A DNA stretch of 64,000 bases, from contig CATQIH010000032.1 in the NCBI GenBank assembly GCA_958296015.1, forward strand, positions 85,795-149,794, read 5' to 3'. Positions within the stretch are counted from its first letter, which is position 1. Each line of letters begins with the position of its first letter. The notes under the pieces are model-generated. The model was not told where the DNA came from and did not search any database. It was given only the letters and a program-made list of their open reading frames with translations. The position numbers were made by a program, and so were the translations under genes. This stretch comes from Cyclobacteriaceae bacterium. Its GTDB lineage: Bacteria > Bacteroidota > Bacteroidia > Cytophagales > Cyclobacteriaceae. Below, piece by piece: positions 46,933-56,760 of the stretch.

Positions 46933-47826
46933 GTGAGCAGACAACATATCCTACAGGTAGGCTTGGTGCAGCAATCCAATGCGGCAGATGTTGACCAGAA
47001 CATAGACCTGCTAATTGATAACATCCGCGACTGTGCCGCGCAGGGTGCCAGGCTGGTGGTGCTACAGGAGCTTCATAACAGTCTGTATTTCTGCCAGACA
47101 GAAGATACTCATACCTTCGAGCTGGCCGAACCCATTCCCGGCCCTTCTACCCAGACATATGGCAAGGTTGCCAAAGAGCTGGGCATTGTCATTGTGACAT
47201 CACTCTTTGAAAAACGTGCGCCCGGTATTTACCATAACACTGCGGTAGTGCTTGAAAAAACCGGCGATATAGCAGGCATGTACCGCAAGATGCATATTCC
47301 GGATGATCCGGCCTACTACGAAAAGTTTTACTTCACCCCCGGCGACCTGGGCTTTCAGCCTATCCAAACTTCGGTAGGCAAGCTGGGTGTGCTGGTGTGC
47401 TGGGACCAGTGGTACCCGGAAGCTGCCCGCCTGATGGCGATGGCCGGTGCCGAAATGCTGATCTACCCAACCGCCATTGGATGGGAATCTACTGATCCGG
47501 AAAGCGAAAGGCAACGGCAGCTCGATGCGTGGATCATCTCGCAGCGCGGCCATGCCGTAGCCAATGGTTTGCCTGTTGTCTCTGTAAACCGTACCGGGCA
47601 TGAGCCTGACCCTTCCGGGCATACCAATGGCATACAGTTTTGGGGACATAGCTTTGTGGCAGGTCCGCAGGGTGAAATACTGGCACAGGCTTCGGCAGAC
47701 AAAGCACAAAACCTGCTGGTAGAAGTGGACCTAAGCCGCTCGGAAGATGTGCGACGAATATGGCCTTTCTTTAGAGACCGCAGGATTGATGCTTTTCAGG
47801 GTATTACCCAAAGATATTTGCTATAA
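46933..47826 (+). CDS. carbon-nitrogen hydrolase (N-carbamoylputrescine amidase-like)
   Basis: LQEL, YRKMHIPDDP.YYEKFYF, VCWDQW catalytic triad; adjacent to agmatine deiminase. Confidence 0.93.
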   Translation: MSRQHILQVGLVQQSNAADVDQNIDLLIDNIRDCAAQGARLVVLQELHNSLYFCQTEDTHTFELAEPIPGPSTQTYGKVAKELGIVIVTSLFEKRAPGIYHNTAVVLEKTGDIAGMYRKMHIPDDPAYYEKFYFTPGDLGFQPIQTSVGKLGVLVCWDQWYPEAARLMAMAGAEMLIYPTAIGWESTDPESERQRQLDAWIISQRGHAVANGLPVVSVNRTGHEPDPSGHTNGIQFWGHSFVAGPQGEILAQASADKAQNLLVEVDLSRSEDVRRIWPFFRDRRIDAFQGITQRYLL

Positions 47827-47827
47827 T

Positions 47828-47862
47828 AAAAAAAGGCTGCCTTATAGTAAGGACAGCCTTTT
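47828..47862. terminator. bidirectional terminator
   Basis: AAAAGGCTG/CAGCCTTTT stem between convergent genes. Confidence 0.75.
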
Positions 47863-47881
47863 CTGCTTTGGACACTATGAA

Positions 47882-48403
47882 TTATTTGCTGGTAGCTGTA
47901 TTTTTCATATCAGAGGGCAGCATTACGGCATCAATTACATGAATAACTCCGTTGGAGGCCATGATATCGGGTTTTGTGATAGTAGCCCCTTCTATAACAA
48001 AGCTGTCTCCTTCTTTCATCACTTTAGCATCATCACCTTCCACAGTGGAAGCAGCCATGCCATCCTGTAGGTCAGCAGCCATCACTTTCTTAGCCAACAC
48101 ATGATAAGTTAACACCTTTTTTAGCTGATCTTTGTTTTCAGGCTTCAGGAGTTCTTCCAACGTACCGTCAGGTAGTGCTTCGAAAGCTTCATTGGTAGGA
48201 GCAAATACGGTAAAAGGTCCGTCGCCTTGTAAGGTCTCTACCAGATCAGCGGCTTTGAGAGCTTCTACCAATGTAGAAAAATCAGGATTGCCGGAAGCAA
48301 CCGCCACGATATCTTCCTGTGTAGCACCTTGCTGATTGTTTTGGGCAAATGCAGCAGTCATCGTAAAGAGTAACGCGGCAAATAAGGTTGTGAGCATTTT
48401 CAT
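47882..48403 (-). CDS. fasciclin (FAS1) domain protein
   Basis: FSTLVEALKAA, FTVFAPTNEAF, LTYHV, NGVIHVIDAV. Confidence 0.95.
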   Translation of the reverse strand: MKMLTTLFAALLFTMTAAFAQNNQQGATQEDIVAVASGNPDFSTLVEALKAADLVETLQGDGPFTVFAPTNEAFEALPDGTLEELLKPENKDQLKKVLTYHVLAKKVMAADLQDGMAASTVEGDDAKVMKEGDSFVIEGATITKPDIMASNGVIHVIDAVMLPSDMKNTATSK

Positions 48404-48684
48404 AATTTTGTTTTTTTGTTTAAATAAGTACTTTAGAATATTAAACAGATAAACTGGATTAATGTTTATTTAACCAATGTTGTAGAACGAAATAAAATTT
48501 GTATTCCACAAAAAACTGCTTATTATCTTCGGAAATGTTTGTCTGATATCAATAGTATAAGTTTCTCAAAACGGCCATTTTGAGACGTTTGAGCGAAAAA
48601 ACACGCTTGTCAAGAAATATTCAGCAACAAAGCATCTTCAAGACAGTTCATACTAAAACTTTTTAACATAAATTATTGAACTGT

Positions 48685-49266
48685 ATGAGAGCAATTTATT
48701 TTTTCACAGCGATCTTGTTGCTGGCAGGTGCTTGTGTGGAGAGAGGAAGCAACAACAAAGATGCTGAAGAAGCCTACGATCAAACGCCAGGTGATGAGGA
48801 GCACCAGACCAACACTTCTGCTGATATTGTGGATAATAGCGAAATTGAAAAAAATTCATTCACCACCTCGCCTTACTTTGCCAAATGGGATACCAACGGA
48901 GACAAAAAGGTAGATGAGCAGGAGTTTGACAATCATTACTTTGAAATGCTCGACAAAAATGGTGACGGCAAACTCGATAAATCAGAATGGGAAACTGCTG
49001 TTAAGTCTTTTTTTGGCGGAAATGGAGAACTAAATTATGGTAAGCTTTCCAACTGGGATAAGGATGGAAACAACCAGGTGAGCAAAGATGAGTTTATTGC
49101 TTACCTCAAAGACAAAAAAATCTTTAACGACTGGGCAAGTGGTGATGCCATCACTGAACCTCAGTTTGCCAAAGGCGTGTTTCAGCATTGGGACACAGAT
49201 GGCAATGGTGTTGTAGAATCTGAAGAGTTTACAGAAGAATACAACAGAACCGGCGACGGGATTTGA
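48685..49266 (+). CDS. EF-hand lipoprotein
   Basis: Lipobox LAGAC; loops DTNGDKKVDEQE, DKNGDGKLDKSE, DKDGNNQVSKDE, DTDGNGVVESEE. Confidence 0.85.
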   Translation: MRAIYFFTAILLLAGACVERGSNNKDAEEAYDQTPGDEEHQTNTSADIVDNSEIEKNSFTTSPYFAKWDTNGDKKVDEQEFDNHYFEMLDKNGDGKLDKSEWETAVKSFFGGNGELNYGKLSNWDKDGNNQVSKDEFIAYLKDKKIFNDWASGDAITEPQFAKGVFQHWDTDGNGVVESEEFTEEYNRTGDGI

Positions 49267-49363
49267 TCTTCTGGTACGTATTGACATTGTGAGCGGCATG
49301 TGAGGACACAAGCCACGGGTATAGACAGAATTTGATTCCTTAAGAAACGAAATACCAATCATC

Positions 49364-49395
49364 AAAAAGCCCCGGCAAGTTACCGAGGCTTTTTT
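49364..49395. terminator. bidirectional terminator
   Basis: AAAAAGCC..GG/CC..GGCTTTTT stem between convergent genes. Confidence 0.7.
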
Positions 49396-49402
49396 ATTAG
49401 TC

Positions 49403-50038
49403 TTACTTGTTAGGCTGTGGCGTAGTTCGCAGATAGGGTTTAATCGTTTTGTGTCCCTTAGGAAATTTACCAGGCACATCTGCATCAGGTACCGAAGGCG
49501 AAATAATGACATCTTCGCCATCTTTCCAGTCGGCAGGTGTGGCCACGCTATAGTTGGCGGTAAGTTGCAGTGAGTCGATCACACGCAGTAACTCGTCAAA
49601 ATTGCGCCCAGTAGAAGCAGGATAAGTCAGCGTCAGCTTCACCTTCTTGTCTGGCCCGATGATGAACACTGACCTCACCGTAGCGGTAGCCGAAGCATTA
49701 GGGTGGATCATTCCGTACAGGTTGGCAATCTTACGATCCGGATCGGCAATAATTGGGAAGTCAACCGTGGTATGTTGCGTCTCGTTGATATCGTTGACCC
49801 AGCCTTTGTGTGAGTCTATATCATCCACACTGATAGCGAGTACTTTCACATCCTTTTCAGCAAATTTGTCTTTCAGCTGCGCTGTGCGTCCGAGTTCGGT
49901 GGTGCACACCGGCGTGTAGTCAGAAGGATGTGAGAAAAGCATGCCCCAGCTATCGCCAAGCCATTCATGAAATTTTATGTCTCCCTGGGTAGTCTGTGCA
50001 GTAAAGTCTGGTGCGGTATCACCTAGTTTAATATCCAT
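49403..50038 (-). CDS. 1-Cys peroxiredoxin (Prx6)
   Basis: FSHPSDYTPVCTTE, TYPASTGRNFDE. Confidence 0.95.
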   Translation of the reverse strand: MDIKLGDTAPDFTAQTTQGDIKFHEWLGDSWGMLFSHPSDYTPVCTTELGRTAQLKDKFAEKDVKVLAISVDDIDSHKGWVNDINETQHTTVDFPIIADPDRKIANLYGMIHPNASATATVRSVFIIGPDKKVKLTLTYPASTGRNFDELLRVIDSLQLTANYSVATPADWKDGEDVIISPSVPDADVPGKFPKGHKTIKPYLRTTPQPNK

Positions 50039-50165
50039 CGTGTTAAGTTTTTGGTGTAATCTATATATTAAAGTTGCTGACTATACATTACGAAATATCC
50101 TACACTATGTTTTTACCTGCTCACTTTCGTTAAATTTGCCATTGAGATCAACACTACTATTTGTT

Positions 50166-51041
50166 ATGTCGCATCAGAAAAATTCCAATGACTACGATCG
50201 TATCCTCAAAGAAAATTTTGTGCTGGATTTGCTAGACGTTTTCAAAGTAGTCCTTGGTATTCAACACTGTGAATTAGATACCGAGGCTGATATTTCAACC
50301 GGTAAAATACAGAGCACTATCGAGAGAGAACCCGACTTCGTAAGAATTATGAAGGAACCCGATGGAAAAAGGTTCATCCTGCATATTGAGTTTCAGACAG
50401 CAAATGAAAAGAACATGTTATTAAGAATGCAGGAGTATCACGGTTTGCTACAGCGTAAGGTCGATTTGCCTATCCGGCATTTTGTAATCTATTTAGGACG
50501 CAAAAGTCCCAATATGTCAACACAACTCACACCAGACAAAGTGTTTACAGGCTTTGAATTGAAAAATATAGGTGATTATAATCCTGATGCGCTACTTCAA
50601 TCTACTATTCCAGAAGAAATTATTTTAGCTATCCTGGGCAACTTTGATAAGATACAACCTGAAATTATCATACAAAGAATATTAATTCGTTTACAGGAGT
50701 TATCTACAAATGATACCAAGCTAAAGAAATACATCAGACAATTGACCGTTTTATCCAGATTACGTAACTTAGAAGAAGAAACAGTTAAACAGTCTCAAAA
50801 TATGGCACTAACAGTTAATATACAAGATTCTTACGTTTATAAGAAAGGGATAGAGAAGGGCATAGAGAAGGGCATAGAGAAGGGCATAGAAAAGGGGTTA
50901 GAGGAAGGTATTGAAAAAGAAAAGAAAAAGTCTAGAAAAGCAATGCTTCAGACAGCCAGAAAGCTGAAAGACTTGGGTGTGGATACAGCAATTATTGCAC
51001 AAAGCACACACTTGTCTATAGAAGAAATTAACAAACTTTAA
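50166..51041 (+). CDS. Rpn-family PD-(D/E)XK nuclease / putative transposase
   Basis: YDRILKEN, EREPDF, LHIEFQT, C-terminal GIEK repeats; start set to ATG 50166. Confidence 0.8.
   Translation: MSHQKNSNDYDRILKENFVLDLLDVFKVVLGIQHCELDTEADISTGKIQSTIEREPDFVRIMKEPDGKRFILHIEFQTANEKNMLLRMQEYHGLLQRKVDLPIRHFVIYLGRKSPNMSTQLTPDKVFTGFELKNIGDYNPDALLQSTIPEEIILAILGNFDKIQPEIIIQRILIRLQELSTNDTKLKKYIRQLTVLSRLRNLEEETVKQSQNMALTVNIQDSYVYKKGIEKGIEKGIEKGIEKGLEEGIEKEKKKSRKAMLQTARKLKDLGVDTAIIAQSTHLSIEEINKL
50845..50916 (+). repeat. 12 bp coding repeat (GIEK)n in Rpn
   Basis: AAGGGCATAGAG units. Confidence 0.85.
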
Positions 51042-51048
51042 TAACTAC

Positions 51049-53974
51049 TTACTGATAATCTCTGAAGGTTCTGCGGCGTTGTAGTTTCAGGTCTCTTAAC
51101 ATAGCAGATTTTACGTTGATCTGTACGTAGTAAGAGGTGTACACACCAAAAGGTACCCAGTCGAAACGCATCTCAAAGCAGCCCAGATCGCGGAATATGT
51201 TGATGCTGGTTTGTGTGAGTTCGTATCTTTCCAGGTCGTAGCCCGACTGAAAGCCTATTTTCCACTTGGGAGCCACGTTCAGGTCGCCATTGAACATAAT
51301 GGACTGGCGTATACGGCTGTTGCTATTGCTTCTATTATATCTGCTGTCTCTGCCATAGCCATACCTATAGTCAATGATTGTAGGCTCGCGTATGATGCGT
51401 CTTCTTGGGTCAAAACTGTAATTGAAGGAATACCGCAGGCTCAGGCTCCACGGTATTTCAAAATCTACAAACTCATCATAGTTGCGGCTCACATAATCCA
51501 CCTCATTGGCCGTTAGCCCTGCCTCTTCTGCATCTTCTATCTCTTCCTGCTTCTTCTCACGCTTTTTAGGGTTCAGGTTGGTATTAAAACTGATGTTGGC
51601 GTTGGTCAACGCGCCTAGTTTGGGCGTAAAACCGCCACCTGCTTTTTGCCATGCATAGCGATCCACTTTTACATATTGTTCAAAAACACTGCCGTCTCGC
51701 AAGGTATCATACTGAAATATGAGTCCTCTGGGATCCAGATCATAAGAATAAGGATCAACGTTCATGCTGGCACTGATGTTGATTTTGTTGTTGAACAGGC
51801 GCGTACGCGCAGAGATATTGATAGGTGCCAGCCTGAAAGAGTCTGCAATCAGGTTGTAGCTCGTGCTCAGCGAGAAACTTTCTAAAATAGGTATTTTTCG
51901 TGTAGGCTCAGCATCCTGTGCCGTATCTTTGTCGTTCCTCACCTTCATCTCCAGGTTGTTGTTCAGTGAGAAACTGATAGCACCGCTTCTACCCGATGAA
52001 GGACCGCCGCCGCCACTGGACAGCCCTTCGTATAGGTAAAGGTAAGGGGTGTTGAGATTGTACCCTGCGGATGTAACAGCCTCAGAGGTAGTATCATTAT
52101 CAATCTGCACCTCCTTATAATACCCGTAGCGCGGACTACTGAAGTCGGGTCGGTAGCTAAAGCCAATAGAGGGAATGAGCGTATGCCGTATGGCTTGCAG
52201 TTTCTTATCTCCCTTAAAGGTAAATAATCCATACACCCGTGTAGTAGTACTTGCGCCCAGGCTCCAGCTATAGACCCGGTTAAAACCTGGAATGGTATCT
52301 ATGCGCACCTTGTTTTCAGTAGGTAAAAAGGTATAATTCAATCGCTTGAAGTACCATAATTCTTCGTAGTTGATGGAAGGCGACACCGTAAGGAAGCGCA
52401 GCAGGTTGAACGAGGTAGACACGGGTATGCTGTGTCGAAAACTGGTCTGGGTTCTGTCCAAAATCCTTGACAGATTACTGCCATTGATGGCCAGCACGCT
52501 GTCGGATAAGGGGTCCAGATTGGCAATCTTTGCATCGGGAACTTTGCTGCTGACATACAGAGCATCGTTAGAAAGCTTGTTAGAAGCAGTCAGTTGGTAG
52601 CTCATGTTTACCTTGCTTAGCCAGCTGCTGTTCGTTTTGGCAAAGCTCTTGAGCGGATAAATCCGGTTCATGTTGAGGGAAAGCTCCGGCAGGGTTACAT
52701 TGATAACTTCTGTCACCAGGTTTTGGTTGTGCCTGAAACCCAGCGACATGTTGAAGGGAGAGTTTCGGAAAGTGGTGCTATAAGAAACTGTAGAGCTTAG
52801 CGTTGTTCGCAGGTTGTTGTTTACGTTGGTGGTTGGGTTATTTCTGTTAAAATTACTGGTAGCCACATTAACAGAAGCAGAAAAGCGGCTGTTTCCCCTG
52901 GCCACCGGCGCGTGCCTGTATGTTAGCCGGAAGTCGTTCGAAGCTTGGCTGTCTCCTGCTCTGTCTGAAAGCGCAATACCTTGCTTTTGCCGATTAAACT
53001 GAAAATTCAGCCCACCCGAATAAGCATACCGCACGTTATAATCGGAGATCACCTGGAAGCCGTAACTGCCTTTGGTGTAGATTTCTCCCAGCAAGGTGAG
53101 GTTCACAAAGTCGTTGATGTCAAAATAATAGCCGCCATTACGCAAAAAGAATCCACGCCGCCGTTCTTCTCCATAAGTAGGCACAAGGATGCCTGAATTT
53201 TGCCTGCGCGGCATAGGAAATATGCCAAAGGGCAGCCCAAGAGGTGTAGGAATATCGGCAATCACTACATTGAAAGGACCAGAAACCACCAGGTTGCCCG
53301 GCACCACCTTCATTTTTCTCGATCTGATATAAAAATCCGGTACATCGCCTGGCTCACAGTCGCAGGTAGTGTACCAGCCTTTGTTGATAAAAACCTCGTC
53401 AAACTCATTTTTCTTCACCTTTTCCCCATACACATAGCCCTCTGCTGCCTGCGGCTTGGTGAGTACACTGGTAATATAGGCTCTTCTGGTCTTAAAATTG
53501 TACTTAATATTTTCGGTCTGGTATTCTTCCGAACCTTCTTTGAAGACAGGCTTGCCGGCAAGTTGCCCGGTAGAGTCAGGCAATCCCTCGGCGGTCAGTG
53601 TATTGTTAACCCAATCGAGTTGTATGTAAGCTGCATCCAGCGATACGTCGCCATAATCTATATGAGCATTGCCATACATATGAATGATCTGGTGGGCTAC
53701 ATCAAAATAAATAGAATCGTCGGCGTTATATTCAATAGTGGTTTTCACATCACTTTGGTCGCTGATAGCCACAGAATCTGTTTGCTGCACAGTATCGGCA
53801 GGAATAGTATCAGTAACAACAGTAGATGGAGAAAGCGTATCGTCCAGAATTGCAGGAGAAATAATGCCTATTGAATCAGCAGAGGGCAACGTTTCTTCTA
53901 CCTCCTGCGCAAAAAGCGTGGGAAAACAAAAGAAAAGTGCCAAAAATAATACATGAGTATTTTAAATTGGCCAA
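51049..53974 (-). CDS. lptD: putative LPS assembly protein LptD (possible frameshift in the signal peptide)
   Basis: 964 aa ORF with beta-jellyroll-like N-terminus and beta-barrel features. TTG 53974 gives MANLKYSCIILALFFCFPTLFA if one A of the A5 run at 53942-53946 is removed. Confidence 0.75.
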
Positions 53975-54051
53975 CAGATTTTTCGATTTTAGGCAAAAAT
54001 TAGCAATTTTTGTGCAAAGTTATTGTTTGTTAACCTAACAACCGAAACTTG

Positions 54052-54835
54052 GTGAAAAATATTATATACATCATTGGTTTTTTCCATCCTATTACTGACA
54101 GCCTCATTCGACACGGCTGGCATTAAACAATATCGCATCAAAAAGGTAGTCATTGACGCTGGTCATGGTGGAAAAGACCCGGGTACGCACGGTATTGTGG
54201 CAAAAGAAAAGGACATTGTGCTGGATATTGCGCTTCAGTTGGGGCGCATTATTAAAGAAAATATCAAGGATGTGGAAGTGATTTATACCCGCAAAACGGA
54301 TCAGTTTATTCCGCTGGAAGAACGAGCGGAGATTGCCAACAGAAACAATGCGGATGTTTTTATTTCTATTCATGCCAACGCACTCAGCGTAAAATCCGTA
54401 CATGGTACAGAAACCTATGTAATGGGAACCAACAAACGGGAGGGCAATTTTGAGATTGCCAAACGCGAAAACTCCGTTATTTTGATGGAAGAAAACTATG
54501 AAGAACGTTATGAAGGTTTTGATCCCTTGTCTCCTGAGTCTCATATACTGTTTTCTCTCTATCAAAATGCCTATATACACAATAGCCTGATGCTGGCAGA
54601 TAAAATTGAAAATCAGTTTAAAAAACGAGTAGGCAGAAGAAGCAGAGGCGTTAAGCAAGACGGATTCTGGGTGCTTTGGCGCACTTCTATGCCCAGCGTG
54701 CTGGTAGAAGTAGGTTACCTGACAAATGCTACCGAAGAAAAGTACCTGTACAGTAAGATGGGCAGAGTTTATATTGCTTCCGGTATTTACAGAGCCTTTA
54801 GAGAATACAAGGCTGAGATAGAATCAATGAACTAA
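54052..54835 (+). CDS. N-acetylmuramoyl-L-alanine amidase (possible frameshift in the signal peptide)
   Basis: IDAGHGGKDPG, FISIHAN, SVLVEVGY. GTG 54052 joins the ORF if one T of the T6 run at 54078-54083 is removed. Confidence 0.88.
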
Positions 54836-54855
54836 ACATTTTTAATAACGTATAA

Positions 54856-55791
54856 GTGAAAATTTCCAAAGAAGCTAAAATTGCAATTCTGGCTATCATT
54901 TCAGTAACTATTCTTTACTTTGGGCTAAACTTTTTGAAAGGGTCAGAGCTATTCTCTTCGTACAATAGATTTTATGTGGTTTATGAAGACGTAGGCGGAC
55001 TCACTCCTTCCAATAAAGTATTGATTAATGGCTATCCTGTAGGGCAGGTAGATAATATCCGCCTGATGCAAGAGCGCAACAATGAACTGCTTATCCGCAT
55101 CAGGGTAGACAATACCGTTGTCATAGGAGAGTCTGCTTCCGCCATATTGGTGACCAGCGACTTGCTGGGAGGCAAAGCCATAGAGCTGGAAGTGGGCGAT
55201 ATTTCCAGGCCACTGTCTGATGGTGATACGCTGATAGCAAAAAAGGAACAAGGCATTGCAGAGTTGGTACAGGCCAAAACCCTGCCTATCGTCGACAAGC
55301 TGGATTCTACGCTCATTCGTATTAACTTTATCCTGGGCAATTTTGTCAAAGACACCAGCAAAGTGTCTAATGCTATGGCCAGCCTGGAACAGTCTACACT
55401 CACTGTAGAAGATATCATCCAGGAAAACCGCCAGGATCTGGGTGCCATGATCAGCAACCTGAAAGGGCTAACCGATGCCTTGGCAGATACCAAAACAGGA
55501 ATCAGCCCGTTGATGGCTAAAATCAATAACCTGGCTGATAGCCTCAATAATCTGGAACTTCAAAAAACCATGAGCCAGATAGATCAAACGATGCAAAACC
55601 TACAGATGCTCACCGCCAAAGTCAACAAGGGAGAGGGAAGTGTAGGCAAACTACTCAACGACGATTCTGTCTATACCAACCTGAACCAAACGGTTGCCCA
55701 CCTGGATAGCCTGCTGATTGATGTAAAAGCCAATCCATCCCGTTACATCAACTTTTCTATCATCGGAGGTGGAAGGAAGAAAAACGACTAA
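54856..55791 (+). CDS. mlaD: MlaD/MCE family protein
   Basis: N-terminal TM, GLTPSNKVLINGYPVGQV, DLLGGKAIEL, GEGSVGKLLND. Confidence 0.85.
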   Translation: MKISKEAKIAILAIISVTILYFGLNFLKGSELFSSYNRFYVVYEDVGGLTPSNKVLINGYPVGQVDNIRLMQERNNELLIRIRVDNTVVIGESASAILVTSDLLGGKAIELEVGDISRPLSDGDTLIAKKEQGIAELVQAKTLPIVDKLDSTLIRINFILGNFVKDTSKVSNAMASLEQSTLTVEDIIQENRQDLGAMISNLKGLTDALADTKTGISPLMAKINNLADSLNNLELQKTMSQIDQTMQNLQMLTAKVNKGEGSVGKLLNDDSVYTNLNQTVAHLDSLLIDVKANPSRYINFSIIGGGRKKND

Positions 55792-55793
55792 TC

Positions 55794-56699
55794 ATGAATA
55801 ACAAAGAGATACAGGCACTAATCGCTTTGCTGGATGATAGCGATCAGGAAGTGCTTGAGCACGTAGAGGGAAGGATTATGTCATATGGAGATACCATCAT
55901 TCCTTTTCTGGAACAGGAATGGGAAACAAATTTTAACCCCGGAAGTTCAAAAAGAATAGAAGACCTGATCCATAGCCTACAGTTTGAATCCCTGAAGTTC
56001 CGGCTCACAGAATGGCGCGACAGCACCACCCACGACCTGCTGGAAGGTATATGGCTGGTGGCTACTTACCAATACCCCGACCTTTCGTTGGATACACTGA
56101 AGAAACAACTCGAGCAGATATACTATGAAGTCTGGCTGGAGTTCAAGCCAGAGGCACATGCCTACGACCAGATTAAGCTGCTGAACAGCGTGATTTTTGG
56201 CAAGCTCAAGTTCAGGTCCAATACCAAGAATTTTCATGCACCGGGCAACTCTATGATCAATGCCGTGCTCGAGAGCCGCAAGGGCAACCCTATCTCGCTG
56301 TGTGTGGTGTATATGCTGGTGGCTCAAAAGCTCAACCTGCCGGTATACGGAGTCAACCTGCCAAGCCTGTTTATCCTTACCTATAAGGCGAAAGAACATC
56401 AATTTTACATCAACGCTTTCAACCGGGGCCTTATCTTTGCAAAACACGATATAGATAATTACATTCAGCAACTCAAAATGCAGCCTATAGATATGTTCTA
56501 CCAGCCTTGCAGCCATCAAGATATTATACGCCGGGTATTGAGAAACCTGAGTGCCTCTTTTGAGAAACTGAAAGATTTTGATAAAGCAAACGAAGTAGAT
56601 GTACTTGCTTCAAATACTGGCAGAAGGCGACATCGGCATCCAGTAACTTTAAATAAAAAGCCTTCAAAGTTTTATATACTCCGAAGGCTTTTTGTTTAA
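55794..56699 (+). CDS. transglutaminase-like (SirB1/Transglut_core2) protein; true stop probably 56646
   Basis: VLESRKGNPISLC..Y...GVNLP motif. The ORF tail reads through a terminator; removing one base near 56604 gives VLLQILAEGDIGIQ*. Confidence 0.8.
   Translation: MNNKEIQALIALLDDSDQEVLEHVEGRIMSYGDTIIPFLEQEWETNFNPGSSKRIEDLIHSLQFESLKFRLTEWRDSTTHDLLEGIWLVATYQYPDLSLDTLKKQLEQIYYEVWLEFKPEAHAYDQIKLLNSVIFGKLKFRSNTKNFHAPGNSMINAVLESRKGNPISLCVVYMLVAQKLNLPVYGVNLPSLFILTYKAKEHQFYINAFNRGLIFAKHDIDNYIQQLKMQPIDMFYQPCSHQDIIRRVLRNLSASFEKLKDFDKANEVDVLASNTGRRRHRHPVTLNKKPSKFYILRRLFV
56655..56693. terminator. bidirectional terminator
   Basis: AAAAAGCCTTC/GAAGGCTTTTT. Confidence 0.75.
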
Positions 56700-56760
56700 C
56701 GACCCGGACTATCCAGGCACATATTTTTTTTGGGCAACTTATTTTATTAGCAGTGCATAT

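Noticed and set aside
49977-50165. N-terminal extension of the Rpn ORF
   Set aside because: It overlaps the prx start antisense and its promoter; the family-like sequence begins at ATG 50166.
50845-50916. GIEK repeat as a novel feature
   Set aside because: It is a known C-terminal repeat of Rpn/YhgA-like proteins.
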